A DNA stretch of 64,000 nt from Amphiscolops sp. MND2022 (lineage: Eukaryota): contig OZ076417.1 in NCBI GenBank assembly GCA_964187785.1, forward strand, positions 22,382,001 to 22,446,000, read 5' to 3'. Made by a program: the position numbers and the translations under genes. Shown one piece after another: positions 60,024 through 64,000 of this stretch (position 1 is the first letter of the stretch; each line of letters begins with the position of its first letter). The notes under the pieces are model-generated. The model had not been told where the DNA came from, made no database searches, and saw only the letters and a list, made by a program, of their open reading frames with translations.

Positions 60024-62152
60024 TGTTACGACTTATGTTTGGGTCGTTGTTTTGAGTAGAAATGATCCTAACTGATTTCGTAGGATATAGAAACTCCTAG
60101 TTTCAGTTTCCGTTTCCTCTTCAGTGTTTTTTCTTATGTTTTATCTTGTTTCAGGTTTTAGCAGTTTCAACATTTCTTTCTGTGACTCAACGAGAAGGTT
60201 CTTTATTTCGGAAAAATTCCTCTTTCAAAGAAGCTCTGAGGCTTTCCAAGATGCTATTTTCAATCCTAGGAGATTTTGGTATCAAAGGTCCCGCAACACT
60301 TACGTTATGATCTAAAGGAAACGAATTATTCACCATTATCGGTGAAACAAAATCTTTACTAACACTTTCGGTGCTCTCCTGTTGATTGTTCTTTCTCTTC
60401 TGGCTTCTAGTAGTTGACATTTTCCATGAAGAAAGTTTGGATTGAAGAATTTCAATTTTATTTTTCTATGATTTTCAACAAAGTTGAGTGAGGCAAATTG
60501 AGCTAAACAGAATGTAGTACAACTGTTTACACAACTGTGAAAAGACTGAGTCCCTAAGTTACTCAAAATCATCATATATATATATATATATATATATTAC
60601 TTCAGTCTGTCAAACCGGAAATGATTCCCTGTTTTACTGCTTTGGTTCACGGGAAATTGACGATAAGGTGAACAACTAATACCTGATTTTGAAATTCAGC
60701 TTGATCAAAGGTGATGACTAACTTCCAAATTATGATTGTTTGAGCGATGCTAGGAAAATGTTTCGAATGAATTGGGACTCAATCCTTTTGTTAAAATGAA
60801 ATCAAATTCGCAATCTTTTGTCTTTAAATGCACCTATTGTTAAGAAATACAGCCTTACGCATAAAGTGCGACAAGTTTCCAAATCAACAGAACGAGGAAC
60901 TTCAAATAATACACAAACATGAAACGACGCAATTACATCGTAATATAAAATGAGACTTGTACAAACAGATAGCAAAATTATGCTTTTCAGCGCCATTTAT
61001 GTACAAAAATACTTCTCGTAATAAAATATAGTAGTTTATCCAACAGTGGGAACATAAACTGTGACTTTTTCTTCATAAAAATGTAGAAAAACTTTATTTG
61101 AATCGCTTTCTAATGTAATTTTGGGTGCACAATATTTTAGTCAACGCAGAATAGGCGCATTTCGCTAGATCTTATTTCTTTTAATTTAATCTGAATTAAA
61201 ACAACCGTTTCCCTCATACTAACCTCGCTAAAATACAGTGTTCATTTATCATAATGGATAGAATAAAACAGCTTTTTTGGATGGGTTTTCGGCGTAATAT
61301 TAACGTATTTTCCTTAACTTAACTGGGCGGATTTATCTAATTCATCTAATTTCATAAACTTGTCAACGTCATGTTGACGAGTTTTCTTGGCAGAACTGAG
61401 ATTTTGACTAGTTTGACGCAATGCTGACGAGTATTTCAGAAATGAGTTTCTAGCTAGCTCACAGAGTCGTGACGTCACATTGGCGGCAAATTGGAAAAAT
61501 TTCTAATAAGGCCAATAATATAGGGGATGATCAGAATGATTTTCTGGTACGCATAGACGAGGCAGTGACGTCAATTGGTATACCTTCAAAACTTGTATGC
61601 GTCTTACTGACGACGAATGTACATGTATTCTTATTTCAACCGCCGCCTTGTTTACTGCGCAGTATTTCCGTCCTAAATCACACTAATTGCTGTTCAAAGT
61701 GCAATTAAGCTGCCTTTCTTAGAAAAGGCCTTATTTCCTCGGCATGCCATCTCAATGTATTTTCTGTTTTAGATTTGATTGATGTTTTCCTTTGAGATGC
61801 TTTTGGATATGTTTTCATAAAGATTAATTTGTGATTTCCTTATTTTAAGGCAAGTTTTAATTTAGTTTTCAGGTGGCGAATGTTTCTACTCTGGCGTGTC
61901 TGACACGTCTTACCGGAAATGCGTGAAAATCATTTTAGTTCATTTTACTTTTTGACTTTCTGTTTTCATTCTCGTTTGAGATTTGCGCATTGCAGACGTA
62001 TATTTTGCATTCTTAGTCACAGTTTATTTCAAGGTTAAGTTTAAAACTTGAATTAATATCCATTATACCACCTTGGGAAGCGTAGGCTCCATGTCCTCTC
62101 CCAATTCCAACTCTTTTACAGCAGCATCCCAGACCGGGAGCGGGCTGCGACA
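60024..62152 (-). mobile_element. Solo Gypsy LTR, 2129 bp, with 5-bp TSD ACTAA
   Basis: TGTCGC...GTAACA on the minus strand; ACTAA at 60019-60023 and 62153-62157; homologous to the element-1 LTRs; contains (AT)n at about 60573-60596. Confidence 0.92.
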
Positions 62153-62299
62153 ACTAATTGGTAGACAAAAGAAAATGAGTAGTTTTGTTATTGCGGAAGA
62201 AAACAAAACAATTTAAAAACTGACGATGCTTCAGTCTCAAGCTCAATCAAAAAAGTGTTTCGATGAGCAAATCAACGGTGAAATTGAGCGAATGTTGCA

Positions 62300-62640
62300 T
62301 TCGGCGCTGATAGATTCATTCACATGACAAATCAATATACTTTGGTCCAACCGATCTCTTGAAAACCTCTCGAAATGTACTGAATCTGAAGACTCATACA
62401 GCAGTTCTGAGGATTTCAGATAGTATATAAAAGATCGTACACAGTTCAAGGCAACAAAAAAGCAGGCATCTGATTCTGCTGTGATAAAATACGGTGTAAC
62501 CCAGGGACCTATTCTAGGCTCGATCTTGTTCTTTGTTCACGTCAATGGCTTTTTTACATCAAGAAACAAATTGTGGCTTTCTCTGCAGACGAAGATACAA
62601 TTTATAAGAGGTCCCTGAAGATCATAACGTCATCATAAAC
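62300..62640 (+). mobile_element. CR1/L2-like LINE RT fragment
   Basis: YIKDRTQF..IKYGVTQGPILGSILFFVHVN resembles YLSNRTQ..GVPQGSILGPLLF.IYIND. Confidence 0.8.
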
Positions 62641-62953
62641 TCAAACTCCACATGAACTAATTATGTAATGTTCCAGCTAAATTGAATAAATACCTTTAAC
62701 TATGTAACCAAGAATAATTTCATCAAAAATATATCTTTGCAATTACAATATTGTCAACTCATGACGTCTTCACGACGACTTCAGCGATCCCCATAACAGG
62801 TTTTGGACCCAGTACTTGGTGATTTCGCAAGAACGAACTAGTTTTTGCTACATTTCGTTTCTGCTACATTCTTACCTCGATTTTTGAAAAACGGCACTTT
62901 TTGTCTCCGCCATTTCTACAATCGCGCTCGCAAAAAGTTTTTTGTGCCGACCA

Positions 62954-63447
62954 TTTTTAGTCGGCGCTTTTATTAATAAAAGAGCCCGACTATTACAGTC
63001 ACTCGTTTTTTTTCTTTTTTTAGGACAGACTCGAAACGACGAACGTTAAAATTAACGTTCAAAATCTTCAACTAAAGGAAACTAAACGAATACCCTGGAA
63101 ACGCATTCCAAAGGGTCCCCCTTTCGTTTTTTACTTTTTAAACGTTACCTACAAACTTGGACGGGACTAAAGGGTCCCCCCTTTTGATTTTTTTTCGGCA
63201 CTGTGCGACTTTTTTTTCGAAATTTTTTTTGTCTCCAAAGGGTCCCCCTTTCGTTTTTTACTTTTTAAACGTAACCTACAAAACCGGCCGAGGCTAAAGG
63301 GTCCCCCCTTTTGATTTTTTTCGGCACTGTGCGACATTTTTCGAAAGAAAAAAATTTTCAAAAATTTCAAGTTTTTTTCCAAAAAAAATGTTTTGCGCTT
63401 TTTGAGCCTTAGATATAGCGCCGACTTTAGACGTTCCCGTCTTGTTT
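62954..63447 (+). mobile_element. Complete HINE/DINE-1-like element with central tandem repeats
   Basis: 5' TTTTTAGTCGGCG + inverted CCCGACT (62985); two units of about 127 bp with AAGGGTCCCC (63111-63345); 3' CGCCGACT + AGACG-TTCC-CGTCT + TGTTT. Confidence 0.85.
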
Positions 63448-63565
63448 GCGCTTAATCGCACGCCTAACGCCCCAAAGCAAAAAAGGATTCCGATCTTTCT
63501 TCCGTTCTAAGTTTTTGTTTAGGTACTTCGAGCATGATTCGGGCCTTCCTTGCGAGCTGTGAGGG

Positions 63566-64000
63566 ATGGAGAAATCGTTGTCGCAACTGCAGTTATCTGG
63601 CAACGACGACGTCTTCCCAGTATGACAGGAGCGGTTCGAGAGTTTTTGATTCACGAAGAAGTCCAAGCTTCTCAAAGTGCTGACTGGAGGCCAGGCCGTG
63701 ACATAGGAGGAGAAGTACGAACTCTGGGCCTGCATCGTGCAGTGTCTGGATCGCCGAAGCGTGCTGATGCGGACCAGCGACTTCAAGCGAGACGGACGGA
63801 AGGCGTGAGAGATGCTGCGCCGCCACCTCAACAACACGGATACGCCCAGCCTCATGAACTTGATGGAGAAGTTCACCACTCTGCGACTGGAAAATAGCGA
63901 GGTGGTTGTCGACTACCTGACCCGAGCAGAGTATGTGAGTACGCAATTAGAGTTAGCGGGGCAGACAGTTACCGAAAATATGATACGATCGATAGTACTA
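63566..64000 (+). mobile_element. gag: Ty1/Copia gag (UBN2/Retrotran_gag_2-like) pseudogene, running off the window
   Basis: FPV*QERF..LWACIVQCLD..DGRKA*EML..LMEKFTTLRLENSEVVVDYLTRAE..GQTVTENMI; four in-frame stops. Confidence 0.85.

Noticed and set aside
63427-63946. Three overlapping GC-rich ORFs of 115-150 aa
   Set aside because: They are shadow frames of the stop-interrupted Copia gag.
63566-64000. TGA-as-Trp recoding in Copia gag (two TGA at conserved Trp positions)
   Set aside because: The same frame has a TAG, a TGA at a non-Trp position and an intact TGG; ordinary decay is sufficient.

Overview
AT-rich eukaryotic (invertebrate) genomic DNA with short GT-AG introns and no prokaryotic features. 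The repeat families resemble what I recall from acoel genomes (Symsagittifera/Convolutriloba); this is inference only. Host content is a minus-strand cluster of exons for secreted or extracellular proteins: signal peptide + PAN/apple-like + divergent F-type lectin (FTP) domains at about 5.0, 14.8, 17.5, 30.3, 38.9-40.3 and 42.3-43.1 kb, and a calcium-binding EGF-repeat gene at 44.5-46.9 kb. These exons are buried in nested transposons. (i) An 11-kb Ty3/Gypsy element (18.2-29.5 kb, minus) has lost RT and most of RNase H; a second Gypsy remnant lies at 32-38 kb. Both carry an antisense gene that looks derived from a hAT transposase, with a BED finger in the second copy and an in-frame spliceable intron in the first. 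(ii) A solo LTR of the same family has a perfect 5-bp TSD (60024-62152). (iii) A young ~8-kb LTR element with a tRNA-Arg PBS has no recognisable gag-pol but carries a coiled-coil/triple AT-hook reading frame (49160-57110). (iv) Several Helentron-type (DINE-1/HINE-like) non-autonomous elements show compensatory hairpin changes, and there is a decayed PIF1-like helicase. (v) Also present are a MULE-like foldback with a 9-bp TSD and remnants of BEL/Pao, Copia, CRE-like and CR1/L2-like elements. All protein-family calls come from motif recognition by eye; no searches were run.
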